Origin: Vicinamibacterales bacterium
Lineage (GTDB): Bacteria; Acidobacteriota; Vicinamibacteria; Vicinamibacterales; SCN-69-37
DNA length: 59,488 bases
Direction of reading: 5' to 3'
NCBI GenBank assembly: GCA_036274055.1
Contig: DASUGM010000304.1
Span: forward strand, 1 to 59,488
Shown: one piece after another, positions 8,417 to 17,609 of the stretch
Position numbering within the stretch: position 1 is the stretch's first letter
How the letters are laid out: every line of letters starts with the position of its first letter
The notes under the pieces: model-generated
The model's database searches: none
What the model was told of the DNA's origin: nothing
What the model saw: the letters and a program-made list of their open reading frames with translations, nothing else
Position numbers and translations under genes: made by a program

Positions 8417-9592
8417 ATGTTCGTTCTGGCGCTCGATACCGCGACGCGCGCAGGCAGCGTCGCGCTGGTGCGCGACGGCGCCGCGCAGGCGATGGCCGGC
8501 GACGGAACGCGCACGCACGGCGAACGCCTGCCCGCCGAATTGCTGGATTTTCTCGCGCGCCACGGCGCCACGCTGGCCGACGTCACGCACTTCGCGATTG
8601 TGGTCGGGCCCGGATCCTTCACCGGACTGCGCGTCGGCATGGCGACGGTGCAGGGGCTCGCCTTCGCCGCGAGCCGGCCGGTGATTTCCGTGCCGACGCT
8701 CGATGCCTATGCCAGCGGCTGGCTCGACGGCGGCCGTCGCGCCGATGTCTTCGCCGCGTGCATGGACGGCCATCGCGGCGAGGTGTTCCTCGCCGCGTTC
8801 GACCTCGGCGACGCGACGTCGTTCGACTCGGCGCGCGTGCTGCTCGAGCCGCTGGCCGCGCCGGCCCATGCCGCCGCGGCCGCGCTCATGCGCGCCGCTG
8901 ACGGCCGCACCGTCACGCTCGTCGGCGAAGGGCTCGATCCCCATCTCGACGCCTTTCGCGCCGCGCGGCCGGACATCGTCATCGCCGCGCCGGCCATGAC
9001 GCTGGCTGAAGCCGCTGCCCGCCTGGCCGCGCGCCATCCCGAACGCGGGACGGCGCCGCATGCGATCAAGCCCGTCTACGTCCGCCGCACTGACGCCGAG
9101 ATTGCGCGCGAGAAGAGCCGTGCCACGGCGGTCGACGTCGCGGCGTTTACGATCGAGCGCGCCGAGCCGACCACCAACCTCGAAGCGGTCGCCGCGCTTC
9201 AGCGCCTGACGTTCACCAACCCCTGGGGCGCGGACGCGATGCGCTGGGAACTCGAGCACACCGACGTCGCGCGACTTTATCTCCTGCGCGCGCCCGACGG
9301 CGTGCTGGTCGGCTACTGCGCCTGCTGGCTGGTCTTCGACGAGCTGCACATCAACAGCCTCGCCGTCGATCCGGCGTGGCGGCGCCGCGGGCTCGCGCGC
9401 CACCTGCTGGCGGCGGTGTTCGGGGACGCGGCGGCACTCGGCGCCAGGGCGGCGACCCTCGAGGTCAGGCGGTCAAATGACGCCGCGCGTGGGCTTTACG
9501 AGGGCCTCGGCTTCCGCGTCGAAGGCACGCGCCGTGACTATTACCAGAATCCTCGTGAAGATGGCTTGATCCTGTGGCGGCGAGGACTCTAG
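8417..9592 (+). CDS. tsaB: fusion of TsaB (tRNA t6A, YeaZ) and RimI-type GNAT acetyltransferase
   Basis: N-terminal half: MFVLALDTATRAGSVALV ... VVGPGSFTGLRVG (TsaB). C-terminal half: HINSLAVDPAWRRRGLARHLL ... LEVRRSNDAARGLYEGLGF (GNAT/RimI). No stop separates the two halves. Confidence 0.85.
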   Translation: MFVLALDTATRAGSVALVRDGAAQAMAGDGTRTHGERLPAELLDFLARHGATLADVTHFAIVVGPGSFTGLRVGMATVQGLAFAASRPVISVPTLDAYASGWLDGGRRADVFAACMDGHRGEVFLAAFDLGDATSFDSARVLLEPLAAPAHAAAAALMRAADGRTVTLVGEGLDPHLDAFRAARPDIVIAAPAMTLAEAAARLAARHPERGTAPHAIKPVYVRRTDAEIAREKSRATAVDVAAFTIERAEPTTNLEAVAALQRLTFTNPWGADAMRWELEHTDVARLYLLRAPDGVLVGYCACWLVFDELHINSLAVDPAWRRRGLARHLLAAVFGDAAALGARAATLEVRRSNDAARGLYEGLGFRVEGTRRDYYQNPREDGLILWRRGL

Positions 9593-9595
9593 AAT
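9566..9595 (+). promoter_or_regulatory. candidate sigma-70-type promoter for the DUF465 gene
   Basis: TTGATC, 18-nt spacer, TAGAAT. The -10 box overlaps the tsaB-rimI stop codon. Confidence 0.4.
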
Positions 9596-9665
9596 GCGCT
9601 CACCGGGCCCTGCCTGACCCGGCGAACCCTCGGGGTCGCAAACCCCGGCGACAAGGAGGCGGAGC

Positions 9666-9926
9666 ATGGCAGAAGCTCAGCTCCCGCTTGACGAAGTAAA
9701 AGCGGTGCTGCTCCGGACCGACGAGCACTTCAGACAGATGGTCTCGGAGCATCATGAACTCGACGAACGGATCCGCAGTTTGACCACCCAGTCGTACCTG
9801 TCCGACCAGCAGCAATTCGAAGAAGTCGCCCTGAAGAAACGCAAACTCGCCCTCAAAGATCGTATCGAAGCCGTCGTGCGCGGGCGCCTGACGCTCTCGC
9901 CTCCGACTGCGGCGCAATCACACTGA
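9666..9926 (+). CDS. DUF465 (YdcH-like) small protein
   Basis: 86-aa coiled-coil protein with HHELDERI ... LKKRKLALKD. AAGGAGG Shine-Dalgarno 6 nt upstream. Confidence 0.7.
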   Translation: MAEAQLPLDEVKAVLLRTDEHFRQMVSEHHELDERIRSLTTQSYLSDQQQFEEVALKKRKLALKDRIEAVVRGRLTLSPPTAAQSH

Positions 9927-9940
9927 ACCCAACTTCGTCT

Positions 9941-9974
9941 GACAGGAGATCGCACGCGGGTGCGATCTCCTGTC
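9941..9974 (+). terminator. perfect 15-bp stem / 4-nt loop hairpin after the DUF465 gene
   Basis: GACAGGAGATCGCAC-GCGG-GTGCGATCTCCTGTC. It has no clear U-tract (GCGTCTTCCC follows) and ends 10 nt before the psd GTG. Confidence 0.5.
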
Positions 9975-9984
9975 GCGTCTTCCC

Positions 9985-10623
9985 GTGTCCATCGATCGCG
10001 CCGCCACGCCGTTCATCTTGATTGCTGCGCTTCCGGCGGCGGCCGCGGCGCTCCTCGGCTGGCCCTGGATCGGCGCCAGCCTGCTGATCCTGCCGGTGGC
10101 GGTCGGTCTGTTTTTCCGCGACCCCGACCGCAGGCCGCCGGACGATCCGGATGCGATCCTCTCGCCGGCCGATGGCACCGTGCTCCATGCGGGTCCGGCC
10201 CGCCCGTCTGAGGCGCCGCCGGGCACGTGGCAGCAGATCACGATCTTTCTCTCGTTGTTCGACGTCCACATCAATCGCACGCCCGCGGCCGGCCGGATCA
10301 CCAAAGTGACCCACGTGCCCGGCACCTTTCTGCCCGCCTTTCGTCCTGACGCCCACCTCAACGAGCACTCCGAGATCTGGATCGATCGCCGTGGCATCAT
10401 GGTGGTGTTTCGTCAGGTCGTCGGCGTGCTGGCCCGGCGCGTCGTCACCCGCGTCAAAGCCGGCGATACGCTCGAATCGGGCGCGCGAATCGGGTTGATG
10501 AAGTTTGGATCGCGCATGGATGTGTTCGTGCCCGTCGACGCCGTCGTCGTCGCGCGCACCGGCGAGAAAGTGCGTGCAGGGGAAACCGTGATCGCGCGCC
10601 TGCCCAGTCAGGATTCGAGATGA
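9985..10623 (+). CDS. psd: phosphatidylserine decarboxylase (short form proenzyme)
   Basis: FFRDPDR, SPADG, FDVHINRTP, and the KFGSRMD self-cleavage G-S site. Confidence 0.85.
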   Translation: MSIDRAATPFILIAALPAAAAALLGWPWIGASLLILPVAVGLFFRDPDRRPPDDPDAILSPADGTVLHAGPARPSEAPPGTWQQITIFLSLFDVHINRTPAAGRITKVTHVPGTFLPAFRPDAHLNEHSEIWIDRRGIMVVFRQVVGVLARRVVTRVKAGDTLESGARIGLMKFGSRMDVFVPVDAVVVARTGEKVRAGETVIARLPSQDSR

Positions 10624-11402
10624 GCGAGAGCGACGACGCGCTGCGGCTGAACCTGGACCGCCGACATTTCCGCCGCGGCATCTACCTGCTGCCGAGCCTG
10701 TTCACGGTCGGCAACATGTTCTGCGGCTACGCGTGCATCATGTTCGCGATGCGCGGCGATCTCGTCACCGCCGCGCCGTTCATCGGCATCGCGTTCATCC
10801 TCGACATGCTCGACGGCCGGATCGCGCGGATGACCAACACCACCAGCGCCTTCGGCCTGCAGTTCGACTCGCTCGCCGACGTCATCTCGTTCGGCCTGGC
10901 GCCGGCGGTGCTGGCGTTTGCGTGGGGGCTCTCGGAACTCGGCCGTGTCGGCTGGGCCGCGGGGTTCGTCTACGTCACCGCGGCGGCGATGCGACTCGCA
11001 CGGTTCAACATCCAGTCTTCCACCGCGCACTACGACAAGCGCTACTTCATCGGCATGCCGTCTCCGGCGGCCGCCGGCGTCACCGCGGCGACCGTCTTCG
11101 CCTGGCCGTATCCGCTGGTCGGGTTCCCGCAGGCGATCGCGTCGGTGGCGGTGGTGCTGATTCCTGCGGCGCTGATGGTGAGCACCATTCGCTTCCGCAG
11201 CTTCAAGACGCTGAATCTCGGCTGGACGCCTTCGTACATGGGCATCATCCTGGTCGCGGTGTTGATCGCGCTGATCGCGACGATGCCGAACATCGCCCTG
11301 GTCGTGCTCGCCTACAGCTATCTGTTGTCGGCGTTCATCGAGCTGGCGGTGACCCGGATGCGGGGGCATCGCGACGAGCCGCCACCGGCAACCGGACCGT
11401 AA
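10620..11402 (+). CDS. pssA: CDP-diacylglycerol--serine O-phosphatidyltransferase
   Basis: CDP-alcohol phosphatidyltransferase motif DMLDGRIARMTNTTSAFGLQFDSLADVISF. Multi-TM protein. ATGA overlap with psd. Confidence 0.85.
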   Translation: MSESDDALRLNLDRRHFRRGIYLLPSLFTVGNMFCGYACIMFAMRGDLVTAAPFIGIAFILDMLDGRIARMTNTTSAFGLQFDSLADVISFGLAPAVLAFAWGLSELGRVGWAAGFVYVTAAAMRLARFNIQSSTAHYDKRYFIGMPSPAAAGVTAATVFAWPYPLVGFPQAIASVAVVLIPAALMVSTIRFRSFKTLNLGWTPSYMGIILVAVLIALIATMPNIALVVLAYSYLLSAFIELAVTRMRGHRDEPPPATGP

Positions 11403-14400
11403 TCCTGGTGCCGACGCCCGGCGTGCTCGACAGGTCGATGGTGCCGCCGCAGAGTTCGATATTCCGCTTCGCGTTGGCCAGCCCCAAACCCGATCCGCCG
11501 GTCTTGGTCGAGAAATACGGCTCGAACGCGCGCGCCCTGGCGATGTCGTCCATGCCGACGCCGGAATCCTGCAGCGTCAGCGAGACCATCGCCGCGGCCG
11601 TCTCGTCGCGGCCGACGACGCTCAGCGTGCCGCCGCTGGGCATCGCCTGCACCGCGTTCTCAACCAGATTGGTGAGTGCGCGCAGGAGCAGCGTCCGATC
11701 GGCGCGAACCGCCGGCAGCGCATCGGGCACGTCGACGTCAAAGACCACGCGCCGCTCGAGGCCGAGCCGGTACGGATCGATCAAGCTGCGCACCAGCGTC
11801 GACAACGACAACGTCTCGAAGCGCGTCGTCGGCTCGCCGGCGAAGTTCGCGAACTCCGATGCGATCTGCCGGAGCAGCCGCACCTGACCGAGGATCGTCG
11901 TCACGCACTGGTCGAACACGTTGCCAAGCGGGCGACCCTCATCGTCGTGAACGCGCTGCAGATGTTCGGCGGCCAACTGGATCGGGGTGAGCGGATTCTT
12001 GATCTCGTGCGCGACCTGGCGGGCCATCTCGTTCCACGCCTTGAGCTGATTGGTGCGCGCCAGCGCGGCGCGCTGCGCGCCCAGCGTCTCGGCCATGCTG
12101 TTGAAGTCGTCGACCAGCCGTCGCAGCTCGTCGGCGGTGTCGGCGGCGATCCGGACGTCGAGGCGGCCCGCGGCAATCAACCGCGTCGCCCGCGTCAACC
12201 GCGACACCGGATCGGACACCCGTCCGGCAATCGACGCGCCCAGACCGGCGGCGAACAGGACGACGACCACCGCGCCGACGAGCACGCCGCGGTTGAGCTC
12301 GTCGATCTGCCGCTCGATTTCGCGCTGGCGTGACGCCAGTGGGACGCTGAGCACCGCGCTCTCGCGCTGCGATACCGGCGCCGCCGCCAGCACGTATTCG
12401 AATCCGCCGAGCTGGCCCTTGCCGACGAAAGTCGGAAGGCGATTGAGCACGATGCCACGATAGAGTTCCGCCGGCGTCCGCGTCGGCAGCAGGCCGGAGT
12501 CGAACAAATCGCGCTGACTGGTCGCCACCAGCTCCGATCCGTCGAACAGATTGACCTCCTGCGCGATCACCTGACGAATCCAGACCATGGCGTCGTCGGT
12601 CGTCGCCGCTCGCGTGCCCTGATCAACGCGCTGTTCGGCGGCCGACAGCTCTTCGAAGACCCGGCGCGCGACGGTCACCACGCTCGCGGCTTCCGACTCG
12701 ACGTCGTCGCGGAACTTGTCGGTCATGTAGGCGCCGAAGGCGAGCGCGAACAGCAGGACCGGGCCAACCGCCGCGAGCACGAAGAACAGAAACAGCTTGC
12801 GATAGAAGCTCGTGCGGATCTCGTGGAACAGCACGCGCAGCGGCGCGGTCTTGCGCCGTGCCAGCGGCGCATAGGCGGCGCCGCCGAGCAGCAGGACGAT
12901 GAACATCGCGCCCATTACCGCGGCCATCTCCGCCAGCCGCATCGCGTGTGAAAACGGGCTCGCCTCTGGATACCCGAGCGCGTAGATGCCGCCGCGATCC
13001 TGCGACATGTGGACGTGAAAGATCCGGCCATCGGCGCTGATCGTCTGCCAGAACGGCTGCCCGGTCTTGTAGAGCCGATCGAAGCTGGCCGGGGCCAGCT
13101 GCCAGGACGCGCGCCCCGACGTGAACAGCGGGCGCAGACTCCAGCCATAGACCACGACCTGCAGGTCGGCGATCCGGGACCGCTGGCTGTCGGAGACGCC
13201 GAGCACGTCGTAGTACGGATTTGCGCTCGGGACGAAGGGCAGTGCCTGGTAGTCGTCGAGGGCGATGTGGACGACGACGGCGCCGTGGAACTCGCCGGCC
13301 GTGTCGCAGACTCCGCGTTCGGCATGCAGCATGCGCCGGTCCTCAGCGCCGAAACGTGAGACTTCGCCGAACACTTCCCATGTGCACGAGGTGCCCGGCC
13401 ACGTCTGCGCACTGGCGCGATAGACGTACTCGGGAACGTTGAGCGCGAACCGGCTGGCCAGCGCGCGATCCCGGTCGTAAAGCTCGACGTCGGACGTCAC
13501 CCGCGACTGCGATAGCCGGGTCTGACTCCAAACGTAGAACGCGGCCTGGCTGTCGACCGGGCGACGCGTCACGAGCAGGCCGGCGAGGCCGGGAATCCGA
13601 TCGATCTGCTGCTGCGCGAGCGCCAGCTGCGCGCGCAACTCGAGCGGTTGGCTGGCGGTTGCCGGAGCGTACTCACGCTCGATCACGTGCCGGGTGGCTT
13701 CGTCGGCGGTGTACGCCGCGAGCGGATAGGCGACGGCCAGCGGCACGACCATCGCCGCGAGACTCAGCAGTAATCGCATCGCCTGCGTGGTGTGCCGATA
13801 GAGGTGGCGAAGCACGCCGGCCAGGAGCGCGAAGAGCGACGACGCCACGGCGACGACGACGGCGGGCGCAAGCGCGCGCCGGTCGATGCCCGGCACGAGC
13901 GCGAGCGCCGCCATCGGGACGAGCCAGCAGACGACGGCGGCCATCGCCGGACCTGGCCGGTGCAGCGTCAGGCGCCAGCGCGCCGCGGCAAATGCCAGCA
14001 CGCTGGCGATCACCCAGACGATCGCGACCTGCGACACCAGCAGCCCGACCAGTTGCAGCAGGCCTTCGCTCTCGATCGGAAACAGCGGAAACTGCCAGCT
14101 GTCGAGCGTCGCCGCGGTGATCCGGGCGCGCAGCAATTGCGCGAGTCCCAGGACCATCGTCGCGAGCAGGCCGCCAAGAGCGAGATGCTCGACCACGAAC
14201 TGCACGCGCTCGGTCGACGTCGATCGTCGCGGCCATCGATGCCACCAGGCCGCGCCGCCGACCACCGCCGCCAGCGCGAGACCGGCGAGCGCCAGCACAC
14301 AGGACTCGGCAGCGGGCGGCAGGTGGACCATCCGCCCGAGCGCGAACAGCGCGCCCGCGGCGCTGACCACGACCAGCACCATCGCGCCCGTCCAGGCCAG

Positions 14401-15252
14401 CCATTCGCGCCAGTCACGCGTCCGCCGGCGCCGATCGAGCAGCGGTCCGGTGGCGAGCAGCAGCGCGCCGATCAGCGGCAACGCGGCGATCGCGATCGCG
14501 CGCCGGCGCAATTCGGCGCGGCGCGCCGCAATCTCGGTGATCGCGTACTGAATCTCGAGCAGCGGCGTGCCGTCGGGACCGGCAATCACGAACGCATCGC
14601 TGCTTCGCGCGCTCTCTCCGGCGCCCGCGTAGTGCGGAATCAGCGACACGCGACCGAACGACGTGTCCATCTGATGCACGGCCGACGGGGCGGTGACGCT
14701 GCTGGCGCGCGACAGCGAGGTCTCGGCGGCGGCGACGCCGATGCGACGGCCGTCGGCGACGATCGGCTGCAGCGCGACCAGTTGCGGACCGAGCGCGCCC
14801 GGGACCAGGAAGAGGGCAGCGGGGCCTGACAGACGATTGCGATAGAGGTCCTGCGCAGGCCCGTCGGTCCAGGCCAGCACCCGGTAGTCGCCCTTGGGTC
14901 CCGACGGCACGTAGACCGTCGCCGAGGTCCGGGCACTCGCCACCGGTCCAACCAGGTCCTGCACCCGCTGGAACAGCGGCGACAGCTGATCGCGCGACGC
15001 CGTCGCGCGCGCGACCAGCGCCGTTTCGCCGGCGACCACGCGTGCCAGCGCTTCGACCTGGCGGGCGTCGTCGGCGACGCGACGCCGCACTTCGGCCTCG
15101 AGATGCTGCGCGCCCGATCGATCGCTCCAGCCGAAGCGAATCGCTTCCCACGCGCCGCCGAGCGCGCCGAGCGCGAGCGCCGCGGCGGCGGCCATCGCGA
15201 ACAGGCGGGGGAGAGGCGTCACTATGCGGATGCTATACTTTGCTGTTCGCAC
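11335..15252 (-). CDS. large multi-TM sensor histidine kinase, NtrY-like (HAMP + HisKA + HATPase)
   Basis: H-box AHEIKNPLTPIQLAAEHL, N-box LTNLVENAVQA, G-boxes DSGVGM and GGSGLGL. An alternative start at the ATG at 15195 is possible. Confidence 0.85.
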   Translation of the reverse strand: MRTAKYSIRIVTPLPRLFAMAAAAALALGALGGAWEAIRFGWSDRSGAQHLEAEVRRRVADDARQVEALARVVAGETALVARATASRDQLSPLFQRVQDLVGPVASARTSATVYVPSGPKGDYRVLAWTDGPAQDLYRNRLSGPAALFLVPGALGPQLVALQPIVADGRRIGVAAAETSLSRASSVTAPSAVHQMDTSFGRVSLIPHYAGAGESARSSDAFVIAGPDGTPLLEIQYAITEIAARRAELRRRAIAIAALPLIGALLLATGPLLDRRRRTRDWREWLAWTGAMVLVVVSAAGALFALGRMVHLPPAAESCVLALAGLALAAVVGGAAWWHRWPRRSTSTERVQFVVEHLALGGLLATMVLGLAQLLRARITAATLDSWQFPLFPIESEGLLQLVGLLVSQVAIVWVIASVLAFAAARWRLTLHRPGPAMAAVVCWLVPMAALALVPGIDRRALAPAVVVAVASSLFALLAGVLRHLYRHTTQAMRLLLSLAAMVVPLAVAYPLAAYTADEATRHVIEREYAPATASQPLELRAQLALAQQQIDRIPGLAGLLVTRRPVDSQAAFYVWSQTRLSQSRVTSDVELYDRDRALASRFALNVPEYVYRASAQTWPGTSCTWEVFGEVSRFGAEDRRMLHAERGVCDTAGEFHGAVVVHIALDDYQALPFVPSANPYYDVLGVSDSQRSRIADLQVVVYGWSLRPLFTSGRASWQLAPASFDRLYKTGQPFWQTISADGRIFHVHMSQDRGGIYALGYPEASPFSHAMRLAEMAAVMGAMFIVLLLGGAAYAPLARRKTAPLRVLFHEIRTSFYRKLFLFFVLAAVGPVLLFALAFGAYMTDKFRDDVESEAASVVTVARRVFEELSAAEQRVDQGTRAATTDDAMVWIRQVIAQEVNLFDGSELVATSQRDLFDSGLLPTRTPAELYRGIVLNRLPTFVGKGQLGGFEYVLAAAPVSQRESAVLSVPLASRQREIERQIDELNRGVLVGAVVVVLFAAGLGASIAGRVSDPVSRLTRATRLIAAGRLDVRIAADTADELRRLVDDFNSMAETLGAQRAALARTNQLKAWNEMARQVAHEIKNPLTPIQLAAEHLQRVHDDEGRPLGNVFDQCVTTILGQVRLLRQIASEFANFAGEPTTRFETLSLSTLVRSLIDPYRLGLERRVVFDVDVPDALPAVRADRTLLLRALTNLVENAVQAMPSGGTLSVVGRDETAAAMVSLTLQDSGVGMDDIARARAFEPYFSTKTGGSGLGLANAKRNIELCGGTIDLSSTPGVGTRITVRLPVAARRDAPASGSPPAR

Positions 15253-15259
15253 CTCTCAA

Positions 15260-16264
15260 ATGGCCGCCGCCCTTCCGCTGAAGGCTGCACTCAAACGGGG
15301 CTTTCTCATTACTCTGGCCAACTGGCCGGTGGTCGTGATCGAATTCACGATCGGCGCGCTGTTCCGCGCCGCCCTGGCGGTGCCGGTGCTCGCGGGTGCG
15401 GTGATGGTCGCCGCGATGATCGGCGGCGACGTCCGCGCGCTCGTCGCCGAAGGACTGCGCGCGGCCGCGGATGTGATCCTGGCCACGCTGGCAACGTCGC
15501 CGCTGGCCCTGGCGGCGTTTCTGGCCGCCGTCGCCATCGTCGCGTTCGGCGGCGTCGTCATCCTTTACGTCGTCAAGACCGGCACGTTGAGCGTGCTGGT
15601 GGCGGCCGACCGCCAGACCGGCGATGCTGATCGCGAGCCGATCGGGACCGAGACGATCGCGCGCGCCCAGGCGTACCACCTCGCGCCACTTCTGGCCAAC
15701 ACCGGAAAATTCAGCCGCCGCGCCGTCAAGCTCGCCTGCGCATTCAGCGTCGCCTATGGCCTCGTCGCGGTCGCCTACGTGTTCGCGATCCGTTACGGCA
15801 TCGTCCTGACCGAGCGATCGCCGTGGACCGCGTGGTGGCCGCTGCTCGTCGTCATCGCGACGACGACCAGCGCGCTGGCGGTGACCGCGCTGAATCTGGC
15901 CTACGACCTGCTGCGGGTGATCATCGTCACCGACGACTGCGGGGTGCGTGACGCGATCCGGCGGCTGCGACGATTCGTGATCGAGGACGCGCGACAAGTG
16001 GTCGGCATCTTCGGCGTCATGTGGTGCGTCCTGACGCTGATGACGGCGTTTTCGCTGGTGGCCGCGGCCGGCGTCGCGCTGGTCGCGTGGATGCCGGTGA
16101 TCGGGTTGATCGTCGTGCCGCTCCAGGGCGCGGCGTGGTTGCTCCGCAGACTGCTCGGCCAGGGACTCGAGCTCGCGGCGGTCGCGGCTTATCAAACGCA
16201 ATACCGACGCTTCGCCGAACCGCCGTGGCCGGCGGCGGTACCGAAGCACGCGGAACTCGCATGA
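15260..16264 (+). CDS. polytopic membrane protein of unknown function
   Basis: About 334 aa with multiple hydrophobic helices. I chose the ATG at 15260 because the longer start at 15224 would include an extended -10-like TGCTATACT. Confidence 0.6.
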   Translation: MAAALPLKAALKRGFLITLANWPVVVIEFTIGALFRAALAVPVLAGAVMVAAMIGGDVRALVAEGLRAAADVILATLATSPLALAAFLAAVAIVAFGGVVILYVVKTGTLSVLVAADRQTGDADREPIGTETIARAQAYHLAPLLANTGKFSRRAVKLACAFSVAYGLVAVAYVFAIRYGIVLTERSPWTAWWPLLVVIATTTSALAVTALNLAYDLLRVIIVTDDCGVRDAIRRLRRFVIEDARQVVGIFGVMWCVLTLMTAFSLVAAAGVALVAWMPVIGLIVVPLQGAAWLLRRLLGQGLELAAVAAYQTQYRRFAEPPWPAAVPKHAELA

Positions 16265-17517
16265 ACAACTACGACAAGTTCATTTCCCGGGCCGGCATCG
16301 CGATGCGCGAGTCCGCCATACGTCAAATGGGCACCGTCCTCGCACAGGCGGAGGACATGATCTCGTTTGCGCCTGGTTATCCGGCCGAAGACGCGTTCCC
16401 GTGGTCGGCTTTTGCCGAGATGGCGGCCGCGCTGTTCGACGGCTCGGACGGGTCGGTGCTCCAATACGGGCCGACCCGCGGTTTCAAACCGCTGCGCGAC
16501 GCGTGCGCGGCGCTGATGACCAGCCGCGGCATCTCCAGCGTCGCCGAGCGCATCGTCGTCACCACCGGTTCACAACAGGGCCTCGACCTCGTGGCGCGCG
16601 TGCTCGTCGATCCCGGCGACGTGGTCCTGATGGAGCTGCCGTCGTATACCGGCGCGATCACCGCGTTTCGCAACGTCGGAGCGTCCCTGATCGGCGTCCG
16701 GCAGGACGACTATGGCGTGGAACTCGACCGCCTCGACGACACCTGGGTGCGGGAGAGTTCGAGCGGGCACGCGGTGAAGTTTCTCTATCTCGTGCCGAAC
16801 TTTCAGAATCCGACCGGACGCCTGCTGTCACTGGAGCGCCGGCGCGCCATTCTGGAGTGGGCCGAACGCCGTGACGTCCTCATCGTCGAGGACGATCCTT
16901 ATCGCGACCTGTATTTTCCGGACGTCACCGCGGAGCACGAGACGCGCCCAATTGCCGCGGACGACAACGACGGCGCGCGGGTCATCTATCTCAGCAGCTT
17001 TTCGAAGACGCTGGCGCCGGGCTTCCGTGTCGGCTGGATGAGCGCGCCGGCGGCGATCGCGGCCAAGCTCGAACTCGCCAAGCAGGCCGAGGATCTCTGC
17101 ACCGGCGGCTTCGATCAGCGGATGGCGTACGAGGCATGGCGGTCGGGGCTGATCGCGCGCCACGTTCCGACCCTGCGCGCGCTCTACCAGCACAAACGCG
17201 ACGTGATGGTGGCGACGCTGGCGCGCGAGATGGGCGACCGGATGCGGTGGATCGATCCGCGCGGCGGCTTCTTCCTGTGGGCGGAGATCACGTCGCTGAC
17301 CGACTGCCACACGCTGCTGCAGCACGCGCGCACCCACGGCGTCATCTTCGTCGCCGGCAGCGCCTTCTACGTTGACGGCACCGGCCAGCAGACGTTGCGG
17401 CTGTCGTTCTCGGCGCCGTCACCCGAGCGGATCGAGGAAGGGTGCAGACGACTGGCGCGGGCGATGGATGATGCGGTGGCGAAGAAGCACTCGGTAGGAC
17501 CTCTGGAGGAGTTGTAG
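16261..17517 (+). CDS. PLP-dependent aminotransferase, class I/II (LysN/KAT-like)
   Basis: ISFAPGYP ... LYLVPNFQNPTG ... SSFSKTLAPGFRVGW (PLP-lysine motif). ATGA overlap with the upstream gene. Confidence 0.85.
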   Translation: MNNYDKFISRAGIAMRESAIRQMGTVLAQAEDMISFAPGYPAEDAFPWSAFAEMAAALFDGSDGSVLQYGPTRGFKPLRDACAALMTSRGISSVAERIVVTTGSQQGLDLVARVLVDPGDVVLMELPSYTGAITAFRNVGASLIGVRQDDYGVELDRLDDTWVRESSSGHAVKFLYLVPNFQNPTGRLLSLERRRAILEWAERRDVLIVEDDPYRDLYFPDVTAEHETRPIAADDNDGARVIYLSSFSKTLAPGFRVGWMSAPAAIAAKLELAKQAEDLCTGGFDQRMAYEAWRSGLIARHVPTLRALYQHKRDVMVATLAREMGDRMRWIDPRGGFFLWAEITSLTDCHTLLQHARTHGVIFVAGSAFYVDGTGQQTLRLSFSAPSPERIEEGCRRLARAMDDAVAKKHSVGPLEEL

Positions 17518-17609
17518 GATCGTGAAGGAACGACGCTCTATCAGAAGAGCCTGCTCCTCAACGATCCTCGAGATTCCTCAATGCACCTTCATGGTGCAGT
17601 CGAGCTCGA
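17481..17609. repeat. diverged copy of the palindromic element found at 56656-56782
   Basis: The reverse complement of 17556-17604 matches 56656-56705 at 38 of 50 positions, including the exact 12-mer GCACCATGAAGG. 17496-17510 also matches 56672-56686 in direct orientation (exact 10-mer AGGACCTCTG). Confidence 0.7.
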
